64,000 nucleotides of DNA from Tricharina praecox. Its lineage: Eukaryota. The translations under genes and the position numbers were made by a program. The notes beneath the pieces are model-generated. The model made no database searches. It was given only the letters and a program-made list of their open reading frames with translations, and was not told where the DNA came from. The stretch spans positions 2,480,001 to 2,544,000 of the forward strand of contig NW_026250403.1 in the NCBI RefSeq assembly GCF_024521635.1. Direction: 5' to 3'. Below, piece after piece: positions 10,905 to 22,065 of this stretch (its first letter is position 1; the number at the start of each line of letters is the position of its first letter).

Positions 10905-13873
10905 ATGGATTCAAGAATACCCCCCAAGTTTCAATTCCCAGAATCGAAACCGAAACCTACACCGTACTCTCCGCCGACAACGAGCGTATCCAGCAACGGC
11001 CTCTTCTCAGCTCAGTCGACCCCCGCAGGCGATCGCTTCCCGGACTCACCGACAAACCTCTCACTATTTGCCGGCGCAACTCCTGCAGCCGGTAAATCAC
11101 TATCTTCGAAGCTCGGAGCTGCTCGTGCAGCTAGCGGCGGCAGCGGCGGCGGTCTATTCTCGCAAACCGGAGGAAAGCCACTCTTCAGCTTGAGCCCCAG
11201 CAATGGCGACTCCAGCCAGCAACCTTTGTTCCCTCAAAACCCCTTCGGTCAATCGCCGATACGTCCTGGAGCTGCCTTGGGCAGGTATTCGAGTCCTGTT
11301 GCGGTAGACGATAGCGATGATCTGGGATACACAAACAGAAGCTCGCCAAGGGTCTTGGAGGATGACTCGCGAGAAGATGCGAGATCGCAGGAGGTTGAGG
11401 ATGACGACACTGGGGAATTTGGTGATGAGGAGGATTTCGAGGAGGACGACGATACGATGCAGGATGAGTCGGAAAGCGAGAGGATATTCGGTTACAACCA
11501 AGAGATCGGCTTGCCCGCAAAGGAGCCAGGCACTCTGATCCTCCGCACAGACGACTTTATGAGCGAATTGTCGGACGCGCTTCTTCCGCGATCGTACGAA
11601 AACGACGGCTATTACGATGAAGATGATATGGATATGAACACGGACCGACGGGAGCTTACGTTAGAAGTGCAACAAGACCAGCTTAACAGGGCTTCGAAAG
11701 CATTCTTGGGTGCCCTCCAGGAGCATTTGCCGAAATCCAGGAGGACCAAAGCAGACAGCAATCTACACAATGCATACTACCTCGCCTCTTTGGCCTTGCC
11801 GCTGAACAACTCGACTGCAACTGTGACCGAGGTGCTGCGCAAGTGGCTGTTTGCCCACCACGCAAACCCCACCCGTGCACAGTTGGCCGCCGTTCGGGGA
11901 ACATATCCCAACAGCGCGTTTGCCGTTGACTTCTGGGACATCGTATTCCGACTGGTGCTCCGTGGAGAGGTATTAGAAGCCATCGAAATCCTCCGCAGCG
12001 CCAACTGGGACCTGCGCTGTGAGGACTCTCCTACAGTGAGCAAGCCTGCCTTCGGCTCTCAGCAGATCAATGACAAGCGCTACACGCGTGCAGAGATCGA
12101 CAGCGTCGAAGATGCTGTTGCGACACTCATTACACTTCTTCTCAAGTGCCCTGCCAAGGGTAGGTCGCCATATCAACCACCGCTGAGTTTCTTCCCTCAC
12201 ATCGACCCAATCGTGGACTCCCCCGGAAGTCCCGCCGATTGGCGGATTTGGAGAGGCGAAGTTTTGAAGGCTTCGGAGGAGTTGAGGGGAATCTCTCAGG
12301 GAGACGAGTCTATCGACGATGACACAGAAGATAGCTACTACGGCTCCTTTAACCCTATGAGTCGCAGCGGCAGCTTCGGATTTGGCAACACCAAAACAAC
12401 AAAGGTCAAAGTCCCACCCGAGTTCAACCGGCAGATTCGCAAGATTTATGATGTGATGCATGGAGATAGAGATGCTATCCTCGTCGAAGCCGAAAACTGG
12501 CAAGAGTTGGTTGTTGGGCTCATGGCGTGGGCCAAAGACACATCGTCCGCCGCAGCCGATGAGGAGGAAGAGTTTGAAGACAGCATCAACGTCACGCAAA
12601 TGGGTCCAGGCGAATATTATTCAGTCTTGCTCACCCGCAGGCGGCGACAGTTGGCCCAGCTCACTGAGGTCCTTGAAATTGTTGCGGAAGAGATGCCGAT
12701 GAACCCCACGGACACCCTCGAGATTGCTGCTGGCGGAATCATGGCCAACGATCCTTCTTTTGTCCTTGAGATCGAGAAGAATTCACAGCTCGTGGCTGCC
12801 ACCGTGGTGGAGATCGGTGGATGGGCGGGATGGCTCACGCGTGAGACTACACCGAAGGACCCTTCGAGAGGTAGAGACATGGGGCTCGATGATGATGACC
12901 TTGCGCTGCTAGAAATGGGAATCGACAATGATGATATCCAGGCTAAGGAGGCAGAGGACACACTCCGTCGGTATGCTTCCAGCCTGTTCGGAACTCCATG
13001 GATCAATGAAGATGCAGAGATCGAAGGATGGGAGATCGGCTCTCGGCTATTGGACCGGGTTAGGAATGGTAGACAACTCACCGAAAAGGTATGTTCTTTT
13101 CCGTCTACTTAATGAACACATACTGACACGCGAAACAGTTGCTCGCTGACCTTCCACTGCCATCTACCCCCCGTGTCGAAAAGCTTCTCAGATACACACG
13201 AGATGCACGTCTCGATGAGGCAGCATCCACCATCTCCTACAAATGGGCGCAGCACCTGCAAGCGACGTCGCAGAGCTATGGCGACATCTTGCACTTCCTT
13301 TCGCTTGCGGCGCCGTTCAATCACAATGCACGGGCCAGCTTGCACGAAACCACCACACACCTCCTGGAGCAATCGCTGCTCTCCTCGTGTCCCTACCCGG
13401 CGGAGGAAGACCTTGACCCTCGGTTGAAGCACCTGCTCTCCTCGCCGTCCGAATGCGAGTCTGAGATCCTCCGCTTCGAGCTCTCCGGCTATGCCGCGCT
13501 CCGGGCGTTTTACGATCTCCGGAAATCGGCCCCCGAGGCAGCGGTCAAAGCGCTGACCGCCGTCATTCGCGCTGCGGGGGAACCGATCGACGGAGGCTCG
13601 TGGGATAGGGACTGGGAGAGCCCGGTTGAGCCCACGGTGTTGCCGGCTGTCCTCAGGGAGCTCCTGGGCTGCGCTGATGCGCTCGGCACTGCAGATGCGC
13701 TCGACGTATGCAAGGTGCTCACCGATTGGGAGACTTGCGGCGAGAACCTTAGAAAGGTTTCCGTTGAAGTCGGTCCCGAGGGCAGCTGGATCGACCTGGG
13801 CAGGGAGGGTGATGTGGTGAAGAGAGTCAGGGAGAAACTCTGTAAGGTGCTTGCAAGGGGATGGGTTAACTAG
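10905..13873 (+). CDS. NUP85: Nucleoporin Nup85 (Y-complex; about 972 aa, 2 exons)
   Basis: Exons 10905-13088 and 13139-13873; intron gtatgt...ctgac...cag. Motifs FWDIVFRLVLRGEVLEAIEIL, WRIWRG, NWQELVVGLMAW, GWEIG and LSGYAALRAFY resemble filamentous-fungal Nup85. Confidence 0.82.
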
Positions 13874-14360
13874 GGCCCTCCCTTGTGATGCCTGCGGAGT
13901 TTCTCCCTGAGTAAATCTCGGCGGGTTGGCTGGTGTAGTGTATTTTTTGCGGGGGGAAGGGGTGTATATGGGAGGCAGGGGGAATATGGGCTTTCTTTCA
14001 CTTCTTCTTTCTTTTTTTAATGCAGTAGATGCAAAAAGATTTTTTGTTACCAAAGGATATTTCATATGCGAAACGAGTGCATTACAGACTGATTTTGTTT
14101 GGTTTGATCATTGATTGCATACGATCTATCTAGATCATGGCAATATCCGCCCATACACACTCCGTACACTGCACACTGCTTTGAACAAGCCAATCGGAGA
14201 TACAATTAGACGAGTGACACATGATGAACAAATGGCATCTGCTCGCCCGCCCGCAATAGCGGAATCGTCTGAAATAAACAAAAACTTTTTTTTACCTAAG
14301 AAAAGCAATCCCAACGCCTATATGCTCCTGGGCACACATGATTTAAAGAACCACCGCTAA

Positions 14361-16013
14361 CTATTTCGCCTTCCCCTTGGCTGAAGAAATTAGACGTTTC
14401 TTGAGATGTTTTGGCATTTTCGTCTTCCGCTGTTCCCGCTTGTCTTCCTTGACTTTCATCTTGTGTTCCTGTTCGAAATATTAACATTAGTTTATACTGA
14501 GGGGTGAGGGGAAGTTGCCGACCTTCTTCTCGTTCTTGTCTTCGTGTTTCTTCCCCTTCGGTGTCTTTTCAAATCTCTTTTCTCTTTGCTCCTCGGTCTC
14601 CTCTGAATCATCCTCCTCGTCATCGTCGGAGTCATCGGTAAGCTCCACTTCTTCCTCGTCGCTACCCTCCTTCTCGGCCTTAGGGGCAAGGAGCTGGTTG
14701 TACACCAGCCCTTGGCCTTCGCCGCGCCCAACCATCTCCGCATCGCGCTCGTAATCGTAAACATCCTCGAGCGTCCGGGGGATGAAACTCTGTCTGAACA
14801 CCTCCTCTTCCTCCTCGGACTCTCCGCCTCTCGTCAGGGTTCTCAGGATCTCCAATATCGCCTCGGGGTCCTTCTGGATACTCTCTTCGATCGGGGTCTC
14901 GGTGATGAACTCGAACAGCTTCCGCATTCCTACGGGTTCCACGCCGCTGCGTCGGAAGAAATCGGTAACGTTCTTGATATCCATGCGCAGGAATTCGAAG
15001 GTTCGCGGATGGTTGAGCTCGACGGATTGCGAAACGTCGATGACCCACAGGTGGTTGCGGTGGTAGAGCACATTGTATTCGCTCAGATCGGCGTGCACGA
15101 GCTTGCACACTTGGTACATGCGCCACATGATGCTGAGCATCTCGAGGTAGCAGCGGTCCCACTCCTCTTCACCCTGGATACCGGCGTCGCGCAGGCGTGG
15201 GGCGGGCCAGCCCTTCTTGTCGCCCAGGAATTCCATCACGAGCACGTGGAGTCGCAGGTGGAGCGGCTCCGGGCACGGGAGACCCGCCATGTGCAGACGC
15301 TTCAAGTTCCGGAGCTCCTTCTCTGCCCAAAGCTTCACCATCGAGCGGTGGTTGCTCTTCGAGTATCCGTGGCGGAAACGGTGCTCGCCGGTAACATAGC
15401 GATCTCTGTCCTTGAAGACCAAAATCGCCGTCTTGTACACCTTGATCGCAATATGCCGCTCCGCTTCCGCAAGCGCATGGTACACATTCGCCTCCTTTCC
15501 AGTCGAGATAACACCATTGATGGTGGAGATATGCCCACGGTTGATCAACTGCAGCAGAATCATCCTCGTGCGCGGATCCAGCACCTGTTCGCTCGTCGCG
15601 CGATCGCTCTTATCCTTCCCACCGCCGCCTCCGCCACCGCCCGCCGCAGGACCCATATCATCCAGCCGGATGCGCCCCGCAAACTTCGACAACTGCGTCA
15701 TCTGGTCGGTCTGGCGCGCCTTCTTCTGCACGGCCGAGTTGACGCCCTTGTTGATTCCCGCGGCCGCCTCGCGCTGCCGGTTGTACCGCTTCGTGAGGTC
15801 GCCGCCTCCGCCGCCCCCGCTGACCGGCGCGTCCTCTGCGTCCGCGAATGCATCCGCGTCGTCGTCCTCCGAGAAAATGTCGTCAACGTATTCGTCGTCG
15901 TCGGCGAATTCGAGTGCGGGATCCCGGTGCTCCCCTGGCACGGTGGCGTCGACGTAGCCCTTGGTACTGTCGAAAGTGTAGGCCGGCTCAGCTGGGGCGA
16001 TTGCGGACGCCAT
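14361..16013 (-). CDS. RIO1: Atypical kinase Rio1, 40S ribosome maturation (about 532 aa, 2 exons)
   Basis: Exons 16013-14523 and 14468-14361. DKSDRATSEQVLDPRTRMIL, ISTGKEANVYHA, AIKVYKT, WAEKE, LVHADLSEYN, IDVSQSVE, FLRMDIKNV; basic tail (KMPKHLKKRL). Confidence 0.97.
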
Positions 16014-16418
16014 TCTGGTTGTGCTTGTGCTTGTCAGTGGGTTTCCTAGAGTTGTGGGGTTCTCTCTGGTTGATCGTGCGAGTAGTTGTGGTTGTGGCAG
16101 TGGTGGGGCAGGCAAGGACTGTTTAAAAGGATTGTGTCATAGTGGGGCAATTTGGGTTTGATGGTGGGGGGAACTAAAAATCGGGAATAGCCGATGAATA
16201 ATCTATCGTAGGGATGTCTCAGATGGACTCATACTCTATCATAGCTAGGGATGTCTCTGGTATGCGTCACAGCTGGGAACTCGGGCTCAGAGGTTGAAGA
16301 ATCGATCAACATTACAATTTCTTATGAGTGATAATAAAACTATAGTACACCGCCTTAGAAAATCCAAACTACTCATCTACAACCGCTTCTGTCCAAGCCT
16401 CCGATTTCCACAGGATTT

Positions 16419-18483
16419 CTAATGTTTCCTGATTTTCAACGCAATCCACGCCAGCAGCCTGAGGCCCACAATGATAGCCAGCAAGATACCAATCCACATA
16501 CCCTCCTCCCTCTTGCCATACCCCATCGCCTTCAGGACACTCTGTCCAGCAATCTTCCCCTCTCCCTGCAGGGGCGAGGCATACATGCACTGCCAGCCCT
16601 CACCACTCTCTGCACGGTCACACTGGTACTCGCGCCCATCGAACTCGTTGAACATCATTGCCTGGAAGACGTAGCGCTGGTAGTTGATCCAGTAGAAGGT
16701 GTAGTACCAAAAGTCGTTCAGCACGTTCTGGGGCACCAGGAAGCCGCCCACACTCATCCACAGGCCGTTGATAAAGGCGGTGACAGCGAGGGCGATGACG
16801 AATACCGGGATGACGGAGGAGACAAGGACTACCAGCGACTCGGCGGCGAGGAGATCGAGGAACAGCCACATAACGTACTTGAAGAAGCTCGTTGCGTCGG
16901 TGCGGAAATTGACGAGGAAGACGGTGATGATCGAGAACAGCAGGGTGTTCAGGAAGATGAATGGAATGCCGATCAGGAAGTTGGACAGCAGGAATGACGT
17001 TGGGCCGTAAAGCCCGTTGTTCCGCTCCTTGACGAACGAAGAGTAGTCCTCAATGAAGGCGGGGATGTACGCTACCGCCATGAACGACATGAATGCGCCG
17101 GAGAAGAAGATGGCATTGGTAAATACTTGGATGTTGCGTTGCTCGGAGTCGAGACGCAGCCAGACGGTGCCCATCATCAGCGCGAGACCGAGGTACATCG
17201 CCACTCTGATCCAATAGGCGAGGATGTCGCGGTAGGACTTGATCCATTGCCGGTGCAGGAGAACGAATGTCTTATGGAAGGAGCTACGGTGCGATACGCC
17301 GGACTGAGCGAGCATATCGTTAGTGCCCTTGCGAAATTCCTTCGGTTTGTTGGTATCATTCCAGGCGTCGATGAGACGGTTGAGACGGTCCACGTCGCCC
17401 GCTTCGGCGTCGAAATCGACATTGCAGACATCGAGGTAGTACTCGGCAGGGTTCGTCAGGTTGGGCACCGGGAAGCCTTGTCCGGCGAAATAGGGTACGG
17501 CTTCGTCCGTCTTGCCGGAGTAAACGACTCTTCCCCTGGATAGTAGGACCAGCTGCGAGAATAGGGCGAATGTAGCGGTCGACGGTTGGTGGATGGATAC
17601 TATGACGATCATGTTCTCAGCTTCTGCAACCTTTTTTATGCGAGACATGACTTCGAACGATGCGGTGGAATCCAATCCACTGGTCTAATGATCCTGTTAG
17701 AGACTGATGGGGGTGACAGACAAGCATAGGTAGGAACATACCGGTTCGTCCAGGAACAGGATCTTCGGCCTGGTAATCAACTGGCTAGCAACACTGACTC
17801 GCCGCTTCTGTCCACCGGAAATCCCCTTCTTGACCGGTGTTCCAATCATTGCATCTTGCTGCATCTCCAATCCGAACGCCTTGATCAAAGCAGTGACCCT
17901 CTCCTTCCGCCCGGCCCCGGTCGGCGCAAGTCTCGCGGCAAACTCGATAGTCTCGCGGACGGTCAACGAGCCTAATCACTGCAAATCAGAACCACGTCCC
18001 CCCGTCCAAACGCTCTCCCTCGGAATGGAGCCATACCGATCAATGCATCCTCCTGCTCCACGTACGTGCTGATACTCCTCAGGGTATCCGAGCCGATTTC
18101 ATTCCCATCGATCAACAACTCCCCCTCGACCGAAGCCGACGCCGCGGCCGGTCTCCTCGCCAGGACGTTAAGCAGTGTTGTTTTCCCGGAGCCACTGGGG
18201 CCCATCAATGCGACCATCTCGCCTACAATATCCACCGCATTAGCATGTCGATACGGCGCATCTGTGCGAGATCTGTGCGGGATCTGTCTCGTCCCGTCCG
18301 ATGTTACATACCTGGTCGAGCACCGCCGGTAATACCGTCGAGGATCTTGAACGGCTGTTTCGTTTTCGTGTCTTTGACGGTCACATTGACGTCCCGCCAT
18401 TCGAACAGTTTGAGGAGCGCCCGAGCGTCGCCGTTGGCCTCGAGGTCGATCATGTTGAGGGCTGTGTCCGACATCGTTGACAT
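16419..18483 (-). CDS. ABCG (White-like) half-size ABC transporter, NBD-TMD order (about 617 aa, 4 exons)
   Basis: Exons 18483-18312, 18222-18037, 17971-17742 and 17684-16419 (1854 nt). Walker A GPSGSGKT, Q-loop YVEQED, signature ISGGQKRR, Walker B/D-loop LFLDEPTSGLD, H-loop SIHQP, then an ABC2-type membrane domain. Confidence 0.96.
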
Positions 18484-20461
18484 GGGGAACGTGGGGAACG
18501 AGGTGATAATGGTATCGGCTTTCTGGATGGATGGATAAACGCTATCGACCTCACCGAACAGGAATACGGAGGATACTTATAAGTCATAACCACTACCAGA
18601 GCGGGATGCAAAGTGCTGGTTATTCTTCCCGATCGTTTGTCGGGACGTGGACGGTGGGACCGCTGTGTTGCCGTCATCCAAATACTCCGAGCTGAAGTGC
18701 ACAGCGCAATATCGCCGAGTTAAGCATGCGCAGGCTATGTACATATGTGCATACATTAAGCATACATACATCCATATCTCGGCTTATAATTTCGCTCAGG
18801 CATCCTCACTTTCTCACTTTCCTGCACGCTTCCATGCGCGCCCGCCGCCTCCGGCGAATTAGCCACCACGAGCAATGCAGCCCAGCAAGGCTGCAGATAT
18901 GTAGATGAGCCGGCGGATTAAATATAGCCACTCGGAGGCTTATCCTTCATGTACTCTACATACATGTGGTGATGTATGTATGGTACCGCTGACTGTTCGC
19001 CTAATAAAAAAAATCCTCCGCGAGAAAAACGCTGCTGACACCGAGAATCCCCCATGAGGCCGGCTGCTGGGCTGGTAATATCCTGCCATTGGTTTAGTGA
19101 TCAGTTCTCGGCTCTGATTCCTGTTCTCCCGCTACACACCTACATAGGTACCTACAGGCTACCCGCTGGTCCGGCCACCAGAGAAAAATCCCCCGATATA
19201 CATAGTACTCTAGATACCTCCCCGAAGGTAGACGACCGAAAACAGAGCTACGATAAGCCCGAGTCGCGCCGGTGATCTGTTGCCGGTTCCGGTTCCGGTG
19301 CCGTCAGCCAGCCAACCAGTCATGCTGCTGATTAGTTATCCAGCTGTGGCAACCCGCATGTGATTACTATTCTGGGTTTATTGTTCACAGGCGATCACTC
19401 GTACAGGATAGGCCGTCCCACGGGCCACAGCTTACGGGGGATTTTTTTGGGAAAATGGAACGAGTGACCGGGATGAGGCTTTCCGGTACCTAATCCGCTC
19501 CGTTCCTTCTTGGGAAAGTCACGAGTGGCGGGCCCGGTGTCCGTGTCGGTGCAGGTGCCAGACTGAACGGCCCGGACGGACGACTGCCATATCTCCCTCC
19601 TCCCCCGCCCGTGGCCACTACATAACTCGAACCCGTCTTTCCACGAGCGGATGAATTTCCGTCAACTCGCCAACCCGCCCGGCACCCGCGGTGTCGAGGA
19701 TAATCCCGCCAAATCACAGTATATCACCCGCCCGCCCCGCGCGCCCCACGGCGGATCACTCCCCTTTCATCCCTCCCTTCCCCGCTCCCCTCCTTGCTCT
19801 CCTCCCACTCCCCCTTCCTCCCACTCCTACTACCACTCCTCCCACTCCTTACTACCAAGCCATCAACACCATCCATAACCCACAAATTTACGTACACACG
19901 TACAGATCGGGGAATATACGGTACTCTGTACTACCTCGCTACTCCACACGTAGGTCATCCGACCGGTGCGGCAACGGGGGAATGATCACTTTTTTCGTTC
20001 ACTTCAGGGCTGGCTCAGGGCTGGCTCAGTGGAGCTTTGCCGTGCCACCACCGTCGCACACGCAGAGCAGAGCAGGGGGAGGGGGGAGAGGGGGGGAGAA
20101 AGCTCGGCGCGAGCAAAAAAGGAAGTATCGAGAAGAGCAGGCTGAACGGTGCGCTGTGTGCGTATGTATGTATATGGCAAGAGCAGGTAAGACAGGCGCC
20201 GTACCCCTCGGGACGTTGGCCGGTCACAGCTCGTTGCACCGGTAGGGTAGGGATACGAGCGGGGGATACGAGCGGGGTCGGGGGGAGTACACATTCAATA
20301 TCAGGATGTCAGGAAGCCAGGACTCCGGGGAGCGGGGTTATTTATCCCCCCCACATCCTCCGCACATCCCCCGCACACCTCCCCTACCCCAGCACCTCCA
20401 CCACCACCACCAGACCCCACACCCCACCACCCACCACACACCGCCCCCGCCCCCGCCGCAA

Positions 20462-20890
20462 ATGGAAGCCCTCCTAATCAGCAACATAAAGCCGCTCTCC
20501 CCCTCACTCGCAGAATACCACACGTGGACCGCACGTGTAAAAGACCTGCTCTGCTACCTGGAGCTATGGCCGATCCCGCCCTCGCCCGTGCGCTCCGGCC
20601 ACGGCCCGCACCGGTGGCCGGCAAACGTTGAGGTCCCCGCGCCCGCTGCTGTTTCAAGGGATCACGGGCTGCCAACATACTCGGCTGTGGCGGAGGCGGG
20701 GCAGGTGGGAGGTGCGGGAGGGGTTAAGGAGCAGGCGGAGAGGGCCGAGAGGAGACGCCTCAAGACCGTCGCGGTTATTAGAGCATGTCTGTCGGATTCG
20801 CTATTTTTGAGCTATGCGGTCAAGGAGTTTGATGATCCGGCAGCGCTGTGGGGGCAGTTGAAGATTACGGCGGCGGCGAGGGGGTGTTAG
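20462..20890 (+). CDS. Stand-alone Ty1/Copia Gag-like protein (N-terminal capsid region only; 142 aa, intronless)
   Basis: IKPLSPSLAEYHTWTARVKDLLCYLELW fits the Copia Gag start pattern (I..L....NY..W...mk.lL....LW); TVAVIRACLSDSLF...DDPAALWGQLK fits the following A...I...lsd......a..lW..L pattern. Start context caaATGG. No pol, LTR or PBS seen nearby. Confidence 0.65.
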   Translation: MEALLISNIKPLSPSLAEYHTWTARVKDLLCYLELWPIPPSPVRSGHGPHRWPANVEVPAPAAVSRDHGLPTYSAVAEAGQVGGAGGVKEQAERAERRRLKTVAVIRACLSDSLFLSYAVKEFDDPAALWGQLKITAAARGC

Positions 20891-22065
20891 GTGCACTGGA
20901 CGGGCTATGTGGGTGTGGGCTGTGGGTGTGGGCGGGCGGGTGGAGATGGGATTGGTGTTATACCTGGGAGGGAAGAAGTGGGCGTTCCTGGCGAATACAT
21001 ACTGGATTCTGATCTGGGTTTCACCTTTGACCTTTCACCTTGCACTGGGCACTGAGCAGAGTCGTTCATTGGAGGAGGAGGAGCAGAGTGTTTGCCATCC
21101 ATCTCCGTCCCATCCCATCCCATCCCAATACATTCACACATCCAAGTGACCGCCCGCCTGCTTCGAAAAGATCCCCATTCACAGGTCAAGTCTGGTAGGT
21201 AATAGGTAATATACTGTACAATCCCACAAACTTACCCCAACAAATCTGCATCGTAATGAGTAGGTAAGTTTTAAGTGCGGCGGGTAAGAAGTAATGGACA
21301 AGAAGTGTGGACAAGAAGTGCAAGCAAGTAAGTGGTTGAAGAAGAACATCGATACCGTACCCGGGCAGCCCCAGCCCCATCTCCAGAGCTTGAGGGCCAA
21401 AACAGAAAGAAAAGGAACCCCGAAGGGAATAAAGGTTATGAGATGGTCGTCGTAAGGAATACATAATACTTAGTAAGAAAGTAGAAAAATTATAAAGGAA
21501 AAGAAGGTAGAGAAGAAGAAAGAAGAAGGAAAAAAAGGTAGAAGATAGAAGATAGTAGAAGAAGAAAAAAAGTAGGGTCATAGGCCGCCGAGCAAGGTGA
21601 ACAAAAATCACAAAAAAAAACTCCAAAGGCACACCCGGCGCCAAAAAACCATCAGCCAAAAAGGACTGGACAAACATTGCGCACAACCAACCGACCCAAC
21701 CCAATCCAAACCCAACCCAGCCTGGCCAAAATTCCACAAAGAGAGCAATAGAGTCCAAGCAGAAACACCAGTTTCCCTAACAAGCCGAACGAAATGAAAG
21801 CAAAGACAATCATCAAAACAAAAAGCGAGGAAAAGCAGACAAGCCACACCACGCCGTTCCGGTAAGAAGTAGCAGAAAGAAGAAGAAAAGGAAGAAGAAG
21901 ACGAAGAAGAAGAGGAGGAGGAAGAATAAGAGGAAGAAAATGAGGAAACCAGAATCCCAGATCTAGAAATACAAGCACCGCCTACTGCAGATCAAAAACA
22001 GGTTAACGGCAAAACCCTGCAGACAAATGTTTACTCTACGCCTACGCCCAGGGGTTTCTTGCTCT

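Noticed and set aside
14712-16049. 445-aa plus-strand ORF
   Set aside because: Antisense shadow of the GC3-rich RIO1 CDS. The same applies to ORFs opposite ATG2, NUP85 exon 2, the ABC transporter, and the MARVEL and SDR genes.
20306-20461. In-frame upstream ATG extending the Gag-like ORF to 194 aa
   Set aside because: The extension is Pro/His low complexity from a CA-rich leader; the Gag-like pattern and the better start context begin at 20462.
21186-21978. Hydrophobic Phe/Leu-rich ORFs
   Set aside because: Translation of a GA/TC-rich tract downstream of the transcription factor; no coding signature.
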